A stretch of 64,000 nucleotides of DNA from Terriglobia bacterium. Lineage in GTDB: Bacteria > Acidobacteriota > Terriglobia > Acidiferrales > UBA7541. The DNA is taken from NCBI GenBank assembly GCA_963695545.1, contig OY968796.1, forward strand, positions 1,312,001-1,376,000, written 5' to 3'. The position numbers and the translations under genes were made by a program. Each line of letters begins with the position of its first letter. Position 1 is the stretch's first letter. Below are positions 49,991-59,702 of the stretch, piece by piece. Below the pieces are notes generated by a model. It was given only the letters and a program-made list of their open reading frames with translations. It was not told the DNA's origin and ran no database searches.

Positions 49991-51103
49991 TCAGATTCGC
50001 ATTGGCATAATCACGTAACGGTACTCGTATGACTCATCCGCCAGCGGCCGCAATTGCCCCGCCGATTGCTCGTCTTTCAACTCCAGGCTGATCGGCCCGT
50101 CCGGCGCGGCCGCCAAAAAATCCAGCAGATATTGGGCGTTGAAACCGATTGAAAGCGGCTCGCCCTTATATTCTTTTTCGATCGTCTCCCGCGCCTCTCC
50201 GTATTCCGGGCTCGACGCCGAAATTTCGACGCCTTCTTTTGAAATCGAAAACTTCACGGCGCGCGAACGCTGATCGGCCAATTGCGAAACGCGCCGCACG
50301 GCGTCGTTCAATTCGCCGCGCTCGAGCACGATTTTCTTGTTGTTCTCGCGCGGCAGCACGGCTTCATAGTTCGGGAATTGCCCCGTGAGCATGCGGCTGA
50401 TCAGCAATCGCTCGCCGGCCTTGAAAAATAAATGGCTGTCGTCGCGCGCAAATTCGATTTCTTCTTTCTCCTGGGCCTCCGCGGCCAGCCGCTGAATTTC
50501 AACCAGCGCTTTTTTCGGCACCAGCGTACGGACTTCGCTCGATAGCCCGGCAATCGCGTGCTTGGTTTCCGCCTGCGCCAGGCGATGACCGTCGGTCGCC
50601 ACCATTCCAATCGAATCGGGCTTCAGAATCAGCAGCGCTCCATTCAGCGTGTAGCGCGATTCCTCCGCCGAGATGGCAAAGTGCGTCCTGGCAATCAGCG
50701 AAGCAAGAATCGCCGCCGGCAATTTTGCCAGCGGATGCGGAAACGCCGGTATCGCGGGGAAATTACCCTTTTCCATGCCGATCATCTTGTATGTCTTGCG
50801 GTCGGCGACGATTTGCACCCAGTGATTTTCGAGCAGCTTGAATCGCAGATCCCCTTCGGGCAGTAATCGCACGAGCTCCAGTAGTTTCTTCGCTGGAACG
50901 GTTCCTGCGCCCTCGGTTTTGACCTTGGCTTCACAGCTCGATCGGATCGAAAGCTCAAGATCCGTCGCCGTCAGCGTCAGGCGGTTGCCTTTCGCTTCAA
51001 AAAGGAGATTCGAGAGGATGGGGATGGTGGTCTTCCGTTCGACCACCCCTTGCGTCAGATTCAATTCGCCGAGCAGGTCAAATTTCTTGATGCTGAATTC
51101 CAT
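49991..51103 (-). CDS. dnaN: DNA polymerase III beta sliding clamp
   Basis: TTIPILSN, ATDLE, RYTLNG, VATDGHRLA, GQFPNY, FNAQYLLD, C-terminal VIMPMRI. Confidence 0.98.
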   Translation of the reverse strand: MEFSIKKFDLLGELNLTQGVVERKTTIPILSNLLFEAKGNRLTLTATDLELSIRSSCEAKVKTEGAGTVPAKKLLELVRLLPEGDLRFKLLENHWVQIVADRKTYKMIGMEKGNFPAIPAFPHPLAKLPAAILASLIARTHFAISAEESRYTLNGALLILKPDSIGMVATDGHRLAQAETKHAIAGLSSEVRTLVPKKALVEIQRLAAEAQEKEEIEFARDDSHLFFKAGERLLISRMLTGQFPNYEAVLPRENNKKIVLERGELNDAVRRVSQLADQRSRAVKFSISKEGVEISASSPEYGEARETIEKEYKGEPLSIGFNAQYLLDFLAAAPDGPISLELKDEQSAGQLRPLADESYEYRYVIMPMRI

Positions 51104-51503
51104 CCGGATTTCCTCCGCCGGGGGCGCACCGCGGGCACAAACCGTAAGACGGCTACTCTATCCTGTTTCATGATAGGGATAAAGACCGTAGTAGTAGCCG
51201 TGCCTGTGGAAACGAGGAAAACTCCCGGGGCGCAGCCAGCAGCACGACTTGCGCCGCGCACCACGTATGAACGCGCCTGTGCACGCTGTGGAAGAAAGCG
51301 GCCGCAGTAACGATGCGCCTCGAGCAACCTCGAAACGCTGCACAGGCATGCGCACAGCGCCCACAGGAACCGCAGCGGTTTTCAACAGCGCCCGCGCGGC
51401 GATACGCAGCACCGCGGCCGCGACGACATCTGCGGCCACACGCAGAATCCATGGAAAGAGACGCCGACAGAAATTTTAAGAGGGGAAACTTCGAGCCGGA
51501 ATT
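51104..51503. other. oriC, dnaA-dnaN portion with DnaA-trios and DnaA boxes (unwinding site)
   Basis: TAGTAGTAG (51189-51197), GC spacer CCGTGCC, DnaA box TGTGGAAAC (51205-51213), TGTGGAAGA (51287-51295), several CACAG half-boxes. Confidence 0.8.
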
Positions 51504-52829
51504 TTACGCGAATGAATCCATCAAGCGGTTGATCGTGCGGTTTAAATCTTTGTCGTTGCGGCGCAGTGCATCGATCTTGTGAATGGAGTGCAACACCGTC
51601 GTGTGGTGCTTCCCGCCAAAATGCCGGCCAATCTCCGGCAGCGACGCCGTCGTCAACTGCTTCACCAAATACATCGCCACCTGCCGCGGAAACGCAATGG
51701 CCTTGGCGTTCGAGCGAATCTTGAGCTCATGCTCGCGCAAACCGAATTGCTCGCCGACTTTTTTCTGAATCAGCTCGATCGTGACCTTTTTCTCCTGCGT
51801 GGTGATGATGTTGCTCAGCACCTGTTGCGCCATGGCCAGGCTCACGGCCGTGCCCGTTAGCGCGGTATAAGCCATCAGCCGCGTCAGCGCGCCTTCGAGC
51901 TCGCGCACGTTCGATTTGATCGAGCGCGCGATGTATTCGGCAACCTCATCGGCCAGCATGAAGTGCTCGGCTTCCGCGCGTTTCTGCAGAATGGCGATCT
52001 TGGTTTCAAGATCCGGCGGCTGTATGTCGGCGATCAGCCCCCACTCAAAGCGCGAGCGCAACCGCTCCTCGATTGCCGAAATCTCCTTCGGCAGGCAGTC
52101 AGAGGAAACCACGATCTGCCGCTGCAGTTCGTACAGCGCGTTAAAGGTGTGGAAGAATTCCTCCTGCGTGCGCTCCTTGCCGGCAATGAACTGAATATCG
52201 TCCACCAACAGCACGTCCACCGAGCGGAACCTCTCGCGAAAACTCAGCATGCGGTCGAAGCGCAGCGAATTGATCACTTCGTTCGTGAATTTCTCCGCGC
52301 TGATGTACGTCAGCCGCACGGCCGGATTGCGTTTCTTGATCAGATGGCCAACGGCCTGCATCAAGTGCGTCTTCCCCATCCCCACTCCGCCGTACAAAAA
52401 CAGTGGGTTGTACGCGCGCGATGGATCCTCCGCCACGGCCAGCGCCGCGGCGTGAGCAAATTGGTTTGAGGCTCCCACGATGAACGTCTCGAACAAATAG
52501 CGCGGATTCAGCTGATGCTCGACGGAATCAAAATCCAGGCGCGCTTGCCGCGGCGCCGTGCCCGGCTGATTGGTTACGGCGGGTGTGGCCTCGGTGGCAG
52601 GACACAGAAAATCGATTTGCGTGTCGGCCATATTCAGTTCGGCCAGCACGGCTTGCAGATATTGCCCGTAGGTTTCCGTCAGCCGCTTCTTAAACAGCTT
52701 CGAGGGAACCCGCACCACGATCGTACCGTTCTCAGCGCCCTCCTGCCGCGTGGGACGAAACCACGTGGAGAAGCTGTGCGGATTCACCCGCCTCTCCATG
52801 CGTTCCAGTATCTTGTCCCAAGCAGTCAT
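51504..52829 (-). CDS. dnaA: Chromosomal replication initiator DnaA
   Basis: FSTWF, LNPRYLFETFIVGASNQFAHAA, YNPLFLYGGVGMGKTHL, DDIQF...TQEEFFHTFN, RLRSRFEWGL, NVRELEG, PRQVAMYL, HTTVLH. Confidence 0.99.
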   Translation of the reverse strand: MTAWDKILERMERRVNPHSFSTWFRPTRQEGAENGTIVVRVPSKLFKKRLTETYGQYLQAVLAELNMADTQIDFLCPATEATPAVTNQPGTAPRQARLDFDSVEHQLNPRYLFETFIVGASNQFAHAAALAVAEDPSRAYNPLFLYGGVGMGKTHLMQAVGHLIKKRNPAVRLTYISAEKFTNEVINSLRFDRMLSFRERFRSVDVLLVDDIQFIAGKERTQEEFFHTFNALYELQRQIVVSSDCLPKEISAIEERLRSRFEWGLIADIQPPDLETKIAILQKRAEAEHFMLADEVAEYIARSIKSNVRELEGALTRLMAYTALTGTAVSLAMAQQVLSNIITTQEKKVTIELIQKKVGEQFGLREHELKIRSNAKAIAFPRQVAMYLVKQLTTASLPEIGRHFGGKHHTTVLHSIHKIDALRRNDKDLNRTINRLMDSFA

Positions 52830-52874
52830 GCCGGCGAAAATCCCCCAAAAGAGAGGCGAGCAAGGCGAGTGGCT

Positions 52875-53146
52875 ATTTCCACAGATGTGGAAATCCTGTG
52901 GATATTAAGCCTTCGGCTTCCGCGCCAAGCCAGTCCCGAAGCAGTATTGCCGTCGTACGCGAAGCACCCGGGGGTAATCACTCAACAAACGGCTTCTCAA
53001 AAAAATTCATCCAACCAGAACGCCGATTTGTTCGCTCCGCCGTACAACCGGTGAGCCGGGATTCTCTCCGATGCCGGGAATTGCCACAAGCGAAAATTCT
53101 ACGAAGACCGGGCGGGGACACACAGGTCTTTCACAGCTTTTCCACA
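52875..53146. promoter_or_regulatory. DnaA-box cluster upstream of dnaA (second part of oriC / autoregulatory site)
   Basis: ATTTCCACA 52875-52883, TGTGGAAAT 52886-52894, TGTGGATAT 52897-52905, TTTTCCACA 53138-53146. Confidence 0.75.
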
Positions 53147-53252
53147 CACGCTCAAACCACTGAAGCCATGCGTGTTATTGACACGCGAAGAAAGTTTTCA
53201 ACCGAAATACGCGCGCGCGCGTGTTTGAAATCGACGAAGCGAAAAAAATTTT

Positions 53253-54308
53253 TCAGTGCGCGGTCTTGTCTGGCCGCGCGAATTCATACAGACCGAACGG
53301 ATCGGTACCGAGCAACAACCGATCGGCTTCGACCAGAATCGTCGTCGATTCCAACCGCCCGCCGTCGGGAGTATACGTTCGGTAACTAGCCACTCGATTC
53401 CCTTCCTTGTCGAAATGCAGCAGCAGCGTGCCGGCGGAAACCCACAGATCCTGGCTTTCCGGATCGACCCCCATCCCGGTGATCACCCGGTGCAGTGCCA
53501 CCGATCCGCCGCCTTCTATCCGCGCAATCTCGTCCTTTTCGGCCTGCGCCGCTGAGGGAGTTTTGGGCCCGAGTTCGGGGATGTTCGAGGAAATTTCGGC
53601 CAAAGCATAGCCCACGCGGTCGTACTTGAGCACTTCGGCATCGGGAAGATAATCGAAGGCGAAGTAAACGTCGGACGCCGCGTCGGTCGCAATCACGCCC
53701 GCGCTCGCCTGATGAACCGGCACTGGTTCGTTGACGACGTCGTTTGGGTCGCCAAATTCGCGCACCAGCGTCCCCGAAAGATCAAAGACGGTAACCAAGT
53801 GCACGCCGGAAAGACTGGCCACGGCGATCTCGCTGGCATCGCTGCCTTCCAGAAACGCCACCGATTCCGGCGACACCACGCGAATGAACGTCAGAAGCGA
53901 TCCATCCGTCGCGTACACCTTCACTCCGCCAGCGCCGCGATCGGCCACAGCCACGCGGCCCGCCGAGTCCACGGCCAAACTCTCGCCGTAGACGATGGCC
54001 GCTTGGCCGACCGGATGTTCCGGTACTTGCCCAATTTTTTTCCCTGCCGCGTCGTAGATCATGACTGCGGCGCCGGGAGCGTTGAGCACAAAATAATTTC
54101 CGCCCGGCCCGCGGCACACGCCACGCAATCCCGGCCCCACGTCGGGCAGCACGCGCCGCGCTGCTAGCAATTCCGTTAAAATTGGAACGTCAGTCTGCGC
54201 ACGCGCGCGTGGTACACAGGCCACCACCAGTAGCGGCGTAAGCAACGAAAACAGCGCGCGCCCCAACACTCGCCTGCGTGTCGTCCGAACTCGATCGGCA
54301 TCCGTCAT
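53253..54308 (-). CDS. Secreted beta-propeller (NHL-like) hypothetical protein
   Basis: Signal-like N-terminus; blade repeats (LAVDSAGRVAVADRG, VKVYATDG, VFDLSG, LKYDRVG, LHFDKEG). Confidence 0.7.
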   Translation of the reverse strand: MTDADRVRTTRRRVLGRALFSLLTPLLVVACVPRARAQTDVPILTELLAARRVLPDVGPGLRGVCRGPGGNYFVLNAPGAAVMIYDAAGKKIGQVPEHPVGQAAIVYGESLAVDSAGRVAVADRGAGGVKVYATDGSLLTFIRVVSPESVAFLEGSDASEIAVASLSGVHLVTVFDLSGTLVREFGDPNDVVNEPVPVHQASAGVIATDAASDVYFAFDYLPDAEVLKYDRVGYALAEISSNIPELGPKTPSAAQAEKDEIARIEGGGSVALHRVITGMGVDPESQDLWVSAGTLLLHFDKEGNRVASYRTYTPDGGRLESTTILVEADRLLLGTDPFGLYEFARPDKTAH

Positions 54309-54312
54309 GGTG

Positions 54313-55098
54313 TCAGGAGTCGCCACGATAGCGGCGCCGCTCGATCGAAATCGCGCGCCCTGTCGAAGAATCCACATCGATCCAAGCGCAATTCATCTGC
54401 GTGTTACCCGTAGCCACTTCAAATCGTGCCGGCATCCCGTCAAGAAATCGGCGCAGAACCGCCGCGCGATCCATCCCGATCACGCCGTCATGCGGACCGG
54501 TCATGCCCACGTCGGTCAAGTAAGCCGTCCCGCCGGGCAGAATGCGTTCATCGGCCGTTGCCACGTGCGTGTGCGTTCCGAGCACGACGGAGACGCGCCC
54601 ATCGAGATACCATCCCATCGCCTGCTTCTCGCTCGTGGTTTCGGCGTGAAAATCCACCACGATCACTTTCACGTCCGCGCCCAGCGCGCCCAGCACGCGG
54701 TCGGCCGCGCGAAATGGATCGTCGATCGAACCCATGAACACGCGCCCTTGCAGATTGATCACCGCGTAGCGCACGCCGTTGCGCGCCGTGCCCACGTAGA
54801 CGCCCCAGCCCGGCGTGCCCTCCGGAAAATTTGCCGGCCGCAGCAAGCGAGGCTCGCCCGGAATGTATTCGAGCAACTCTTTGCGATCCCAAATGTGATT
54901 GCCGCCGGTGAGCACATCGATGCCTTGCGCGAGCAGCTCCTCGGCCAGCCGCGGCGTGATGCCGAAGCCCGCGGCCGCGTTCTCGCCGTTGGCTATAACC
55001 AGGTCCGCGCCCTCCTGCGCCACGATGTCGGCCAGGTGGTCGGCCACGAGCTGTCGGCCCGGCGAGCCGACGATGTCGCCGATAAATAGGATCTTCAT
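54313..55098 (-). CDS. ymdB: YmdB/TIGR00282-family metallophosphoesterase
   Basis: MKILFIGDIVG, NGENAA, TGGNH, RPANFP, DFHAETTSEK, GTHTHV, TDVGMTG. Confidence 0.93.
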   Translation of the reverse strand: MKILFIGDIVGSPGRQLVADHLADIVAQEGADLVIANGENAAAGFGITPRLAEELLAQGIDVLTGGNHIWDRKELLEYIPGEPRLLRPANFPEGTPGWGVYVGTARNGVRYAVINLQGRVFMGSIDDPFRAADRVLGALGADVKVIVVDFHAETTSEKQAMGWYLDGRVSVVLGTHTHVATADERILPGGTAYLTDVGMTGPHDGVIGMDRAAVLRRFLDGMPARFEVATGNTQMNCAWIDVDSSTGRAISIERRRYRGDS

Positions 55099-55286
55099 AT
55101 CTTCATTAAGGCTGAACCCGGCGGACAATTCCGCCTGGGTGCGTTCGGGAAGCGGCTAGTTCGCAAAGCGAAAGTCCCGGACCAGAGGAGTTTTCGCGTT
55201 AAACAACAAAGATGCGCGCCAAAGAAGCAGCGATGCCTGCACATGCGGATTGCCCGCCAACCCCGTCCGCGCGGAAATCGCAGTAA

Positions 55287-55488
55287 GAGAGGGTCCACTT
55301 CGCCGTGTGGAGCTAGATCCTGAACCTCCCGTTTAAGGTGGGCGTCCTGCGCCGGCCTTAAGGCTTGCCCGATGGCGGGTTTTGGCCCGCCGCGGGCCAT
55401 GCGCAACGGCCGTCTGACTCGGACACCCAGAGATTCAGTGTTGGTTCAAAAGATCGTCGCGCCGTCACCTGCGTCGCAGGCCCACTCC
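55287..55488 (-). ncRNA. ssrS: 6S RNA
   Basis: Upstream of ymdB (common synteny); TACAAT -10 at 55495-55500; long self-complementary rod with TTGAACC/GGTTCAG pairing and CCCACC motif; ends approximate. Confidence 0.75.
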
Positions 55489-55598
55489 GCGACTATTGTA
55501 GCCCGTCCCGTCCGCCGGGCAAAACACGCCCGCGGACGGCGCGGGCTCCGTTCGGAGCCCGCCGGAACCGAAAATCATCAAGATAATTCGGCGCGCGT

Positions 55599-58454
55599 TT
55601 AGAAGTGGAAACCCAATTCCGCCGTCTCCGTCCGCGCCGAGACGTAGTGCGTCCCGCTGAACGTTGATAAGAAGTTGTACAGCGCCACTTTGTTCGTCAG
55701 ATTGATCACCGTGAAGCGCAAGCTCCACTGGTAACGATCCCTGTGAAACAAATTGTCGTCGCCAACCGACAGGTCAAACAAGTTCCGCGGCGCGATGCGC
55801 GGAGGGTTGTGGTCGTCGTTCTCCGTTCCCGCCGCCGGTATCGAGAGCAGCGGCGAGCCGTATTCCGACGCCGGGCACAGGTTAGCGCCAAGGCTCGAAC
55901 TTATGGGGGTAGTGGGTGTCGCGTGCACGCTCCCGCAGTAAAGGCCGGCCTGGAACTGCTGATCCGGCGACAGCGCGGACACGTCCACCACAGTATCCGT
56001 GCCATTCGGTCCGTTCGCGCAATCCTCGCCGCCGGCGCACGGCACCGGTCCAGCTACAAGCCCGCTGTCATAGCGCCAGTTGAACCCAATCCACGGCCCG
56101 CGTTTCCACGGCTGATATTGGATGTGCGTCGTTTGGTTGAAATTTTCGTCGTGATCGATGCGGAAAACTTCGTTGCCCGTCGGTGCCGCGCCGATGCCGC
56201 TCACTTGCGGCTCAAAGAAGCGCGCCGCCACGTGCGACATCACCACATACGCCGTGAAGCCGTGCACGTTCGGCACCGTGCCGCGCACCGCAAACCCCGG
56301 GATTTTCGAGTGGTCCCACTCGATCGGAAACGTGATCGGCGAATCGCCCAGCACGCTGAAGTCGTATGCCTTGTGCGTGTACTTCCAGATGTACTCGCCG
56401 TTTAAGACGAAGTAACGCCCGAATGCCTGCTGCAAACCGGCGTGAAATTCGTTGCGCCAGCCCGGACTGAGCGGCGTTGTTGTCACGCACGGACTTATCG
56501 TCGAGGCCATGATCGCGCTGATCACCGCGTCATTGCACCCGAGGCTTGCCAGAACCAAGTTTTCGTTAAACGGCGTTTCCAGCGTGCGCGCATAGGAAAT
56601 CTGCAGGACGGTGTTGCTCGGCTTGATGTGGTACGCGATGCCCAGCCGAGGCTCCAGTTGCTGCCCACTCGATATGCCACGGTACAGATCGCCGCGCAGT
56701 CCAAGGTTGAACGTCCAATTCCTCTCCGTAAGCGTGTCCTGCACGTATAAGGCCGCCTCTTTGATGTCCGCGTTTCCACCGTAGGTGTACTCACCGCTCG
56801 TTGAATTGGGACAATCGTCCGATCCCGGCAACGCCGCCGTCCGCGTCAAGTCGTAGCACGCAAGCAGCGGGTTAAACGCTGGCAGTCCACCGCCGTTCAC
56901 CCCCACTCCCTGCCCCGTGTTTGCCACGAGCCCAGATGCTTCGCACGCGCTCGGGTTGGTCAGCAAAGGATTGGTATCCGCCAGTAAGGTATCGCCATAC
57001 AAACAAACGGCGTTGGCGGTCGGATCGACGATTCCCAAACTGTCAGCTTCGTTGAGAAGCGTCGACTCATAATCCCCTCCAATTTGCAGGTTATTGGCGC
57101 CTTTCACGTGCGAATAATTCGCGCGCACGCCGACATTTGTCAGGCTGCGATTCTGACCAATGGTCTGAAGTTGCAGATCGGGCGTGAGGTCTGCGAAAGG
57201 ATCGGCGCTCGGATAATAATTGTATTGATCCCGCCGCACAAAGACGCCCAGCGTGAAAATGGCGTTCGTGTTGATAATGTGCGTCCATGAAGGTGCGATG
57301 TTGAAGGTTCCGATCTTCGATCGCTGATCCTGGATGCCTACGGCCAAGCCGGCCGGCCCCAGGCCGCCGCAGTTGCCGATTTGTCCCTCGGGGCACGTCG
57401 CCGGAACGACCAGACCATTCCACGCCGTCGCATCTTCGGCGTCATACGAATTGGGCGTCTGGAACCACGAACGCGAATAGCCCAAATTCACGCTGATCGT
57501 GTCTTTCGAGCCGAGCTTGAAGTCCACCCGGTCGAAAAGATTCTCCTCGTTGCCGTGGTCGTGCATCACCACGAGCTCCGGCCCATCGAGAAACCGGCCG
57601 GTGTCCAGTCCGCTTGCCGAAATAAAATTGCCCCAGGAATTTCCGCCGTACGAAAGATTGAAGTCGGTGCTCGGCGAGCCAAAACTTCCGTATGACGTCG
57701 TGACGCTCCCGTGCGGCTGGGTCACGCCCAACCCAGACCGCGTGGTCACGGCGATAATCACGCTGGTTTTGTCGCCGTATTGCGCCGGAGGCGCGCCCTC
57801 GATCACCTCCAGCGACTGAATGGAATCCTCGGGAATCTGATTCGAGAAAACCTTGCTTTGCTGATCGCTGATCGGCTGGCCGTCGATCGAGAACGAATTC
57901 GACGCATGATCCCCCAGCCCATGAAACAGCCCGTTCGAGTCCGCAGCGATTCCCGGCGTGGCTAGCGTCACAAGCGAACTCACCGACGAGGATTGGCTCT
58001 CCAGCGGCAACTTGTCGAACAAGTCGCGGTCCACGTCGGTATGCGTCACCGGGTCGTTTTCCACCAAATCCCCGGCTTCGGTGGAGACGATCACGCTGGT
58101 CGATGCCGTACCGATTTTCAAACTCACGTTCGCGCTCACCGGAACTGCCGAACGAACGTCCACGTCCTGAACGTAGGATTGAAACCCCGGCGCCATTACA
58201 GTCATGTGATAAGGATTCAAAGGCACGTTGGAAAACGAGAAATGCCCGTCTGAACCCGAAACGGCCGTGCGATCGAAACCGCTCACCGGATTTTGAATCT
58301 CAACCGTGGCCCCCGCCACGGCCGCTGTGGAGGGATCCGTAACCACGCCCTGCACCGATCCGTAATTCCCCGACTGCGCGTGAAGCGGACTGCCCATGCC
58401 CAAAACGAAGACACACGTCAACATCACTCCGTAGGTCACACATCGCTGAATCAT
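55599..58454 (-). CDS. TonB-dependent receptor with Cys-paired extracellular loops
   Basis: Signal peptide, VQGVVTDP carboxypeptidase-regulatory-like domain, plug (IDGQPISD...AQYGD), LYVQD, EPRLG, VINLTN, C-terminal Phe. Confidence 0.9.
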   Translation of the reverse strand: MIQRCVTYGVMLTCVFVLGMGSPLHAQSGNYGSVQGVVTDPSTAAVAGATVEIQNPVSGFDRTAVSGSDGHFSFSNVPLNPYHMTVMAPGFQSYVQDVDVRSAVPVSANVSLKIGTASTSVIVSTEAGDLVENDPVTHTDVDRDLFDKLPLESQSSSVSSLVTLATPGIAADSNGLFHGLGDHASNSFSIDGQPISDQQSKVFSNQIPEDSIQSLEVIEGAPPAQYGDKTSVIIAVTTRSGLGVTQPHGSVTTSYGSFGSPSTDFNLSYGGNSWGNFISASGLDTGRFLDGPELVVMHDHGNEENLFDRVDFKLGSKDTISVNLGYSRSWFQTPNSYDAEDATAWNGLVVPATCPEGQIGNCGGLGPAGLAVGIQDQRSKIGTFNIAPSWTHIINTNAIFTLGVFVRRDQYNYYPSADPFADLTPDLQLQTIGQNRSLTNVGVRANYSHVKGANNLQIGGDYESTLLNEADSLGIVDPTANAVCLYGDTLLADTNPLLTNPSACEASGLVANTGQGVGVNGGGLPAFNPLLACYDLTRTAALPGSDDCPNSTSGEYTYGGNADIKEAALYVQDTLTERNWTFNLGLRGDLYRGISSGQQLEPRLGIAYHIKPSNTVLQISYARTLETPFNENLVLASLGCNDAVISAIMASTISPCVTTTPLSPGWRNEFHAGLQQAFGRYFVLNGEYIWKYTHKAYDFSVLGDSPITFPIEWDHSKIPGFAVRGTVPNVHGFTAYVVMSHVAARFFEPQVSGIGAAPTGNEVFRIDHDENFNQTTHIQYQPWKRGPWIGFNWRYDSGLVAGPVPCAGGEDCANGPNGTDTVVDVSALSPDQQFQAGLYCGSVHATPTTPISSSLGANLCPASEYGSPLLSIPAAGTENDDHNPPRIAPRNLFDLSVGDDNLFHRDRYQWSLRFTVINLTNKVALYNFLSTFSGTHYVSARTETAELGFHF

Positions 58455-58595
58455 CCTAGCTCCTTATGGGGCGCCATCTTCGAGTGAAGTGGTCCCTCGC
58501 TGGGCCTCCTGCGGAGGCCGTGGACGAAGGCCGCGCGCTCCCTCTCTAGAAATCGGGAGCGGCGACGTGGCCAGGCGCTTCTTGAGTGTTCGGAG

Positions 58596-58892
58596 CTAGG
58601 CTATCGGGGGTGCGCGAGAGGAAGTTGGAAAAAGCCCCGGTGCAGAGTAGAGATTCGCTTCAGCTTGCGGCGCAAGCGCCACAACGGTGCGCACGATGAT
58701 CAACGAGGGCTGCGCCACCGGCCCCGTGATCGGCATGTGCGCAACTTGGCAGATCGGGCAAGCCGCTTCAGTGTTCGGATCGTGGTGGTGCCACAAGCCG
58801 CCAGCGGCCAGGAAGCAAACGAGCGCAGCGAACGCCGCAGCAAGCAGCACACGCTGTCGAATTCCGCGGATCGAGTTGTCGCGACGCATCAT
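58596..58892 (-). CDS. DUF2946/CruR-like leader peptide with His/CxxC metal motif and C-terminal RAPP arrest motif
   Basis: Hydrophobic N-terminus, WHHHD, CPICQVAH, ends SSRAPPIA*; directly upstream of the TonB receptor. Confidence 0.82.
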   Translation of the reverse strand: MMRRDNSIRGIRQRVLLAAAFAALVCFLAAGGLWHHHDPNTEAACPICQVAHMPITGPVAQPSLIIVRTVVALAPQAEANLYSAPGLFPTSSRAPPIA

Positions 58893-59054
58893 CGAATCTG
58901 CTGGAACAAAAGCCCCGCACCGACAGAAAAGACGAATGTTATTCTACACTAGATGGTAGCAATCGCGTCGGGGTTGCGCGCCCCGCCTGACGTTTGGTGC
59001 CCAGCGCGCCACGGGCTAGGCCGCGCAGCGCATGGGCGGACGCATGCCCGCTCC

Positions 59055-59675
59055 TCAGACCTCATGGCAGCACGGCTTTCCCTTCATTGCCTCCCGTCCC
59101 TCGCGGACAATCAGAGGCAGCAGCGCCAAGGCAGCGGCGGGGTCTGCCCAACGTACTCCCCAAACCGCGTGGACGAGGAGTCCCGCCAACGCAATCAACG
59201 CCAGATAGCCACACATCGCGGACTCGGCAGCATCGGCCCGCAATGCGGCACTGGCAGTGGACGCTGAAAGTTGGCGCTTTTGCTTTGCCAGCCAAGGCAT
59301 GATCACTGCCGCGAGGATGAGCACCGCGATTCCGATGAGGCTGGGCCGGGCTTCGATGCGTCCCAGCAGCCCCAGTATCGAAACAAAGGCAACAAATGCC
59401 GCGAGAAAAAAGAGCAAGCCGCCTGCAATTCTTGCCGCTCGCTGTTCCGCGCCGTCTCCGCGAGACGGCCGACGGAAACGCCAGAGCACAACAGCCGCGG
59501 AGAGAAGCTCGACCGCGCTGTCGCCGCCGAATCCGAGAAGCGCCGGGCTGCGGCCCATCCATGCCGCGCCCAATGACGCCAGCGCTTCCACGCTCATCCA
59601 TGCGAGCGTAAGAGTCTGAATCTGCACGATGCGGCGCGTAGTCTCAAGCGCGAGCGATCTTGGCGTTGCAACCAC
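59055..59675 (-). CDS. Cation-efflux (CDF-like) membrane transporter lacking cytosolic CTD
   Basis: SPALLGFGGDSAVE, VVLWRF, ALRADA, WADPAAAL...EGREA, C-terminal CCH. Confidence 0.8.
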   Translation of the reverse strand: MVATPRSLALETTRRIVQIQTLTLAWMSVEALASLGAAWMGRSPALLGFGGDSAVELLSAAVVLWRFRRPSRGDGAEQRAARIAGGLLFFLAAFVAFVSILGLLGRIEARPSLIGIAVLILAAVIMPWLAKQKRQLSASTASAALRADAAESAMCGYLALIALAGLLVHAVWGVRWADPAAALALLPLIVREGREAMKGKPCCHEV

Positions 59676-59702
59676 CGGAGCCCAACCCCCAAATCGTGAG
59701 AA

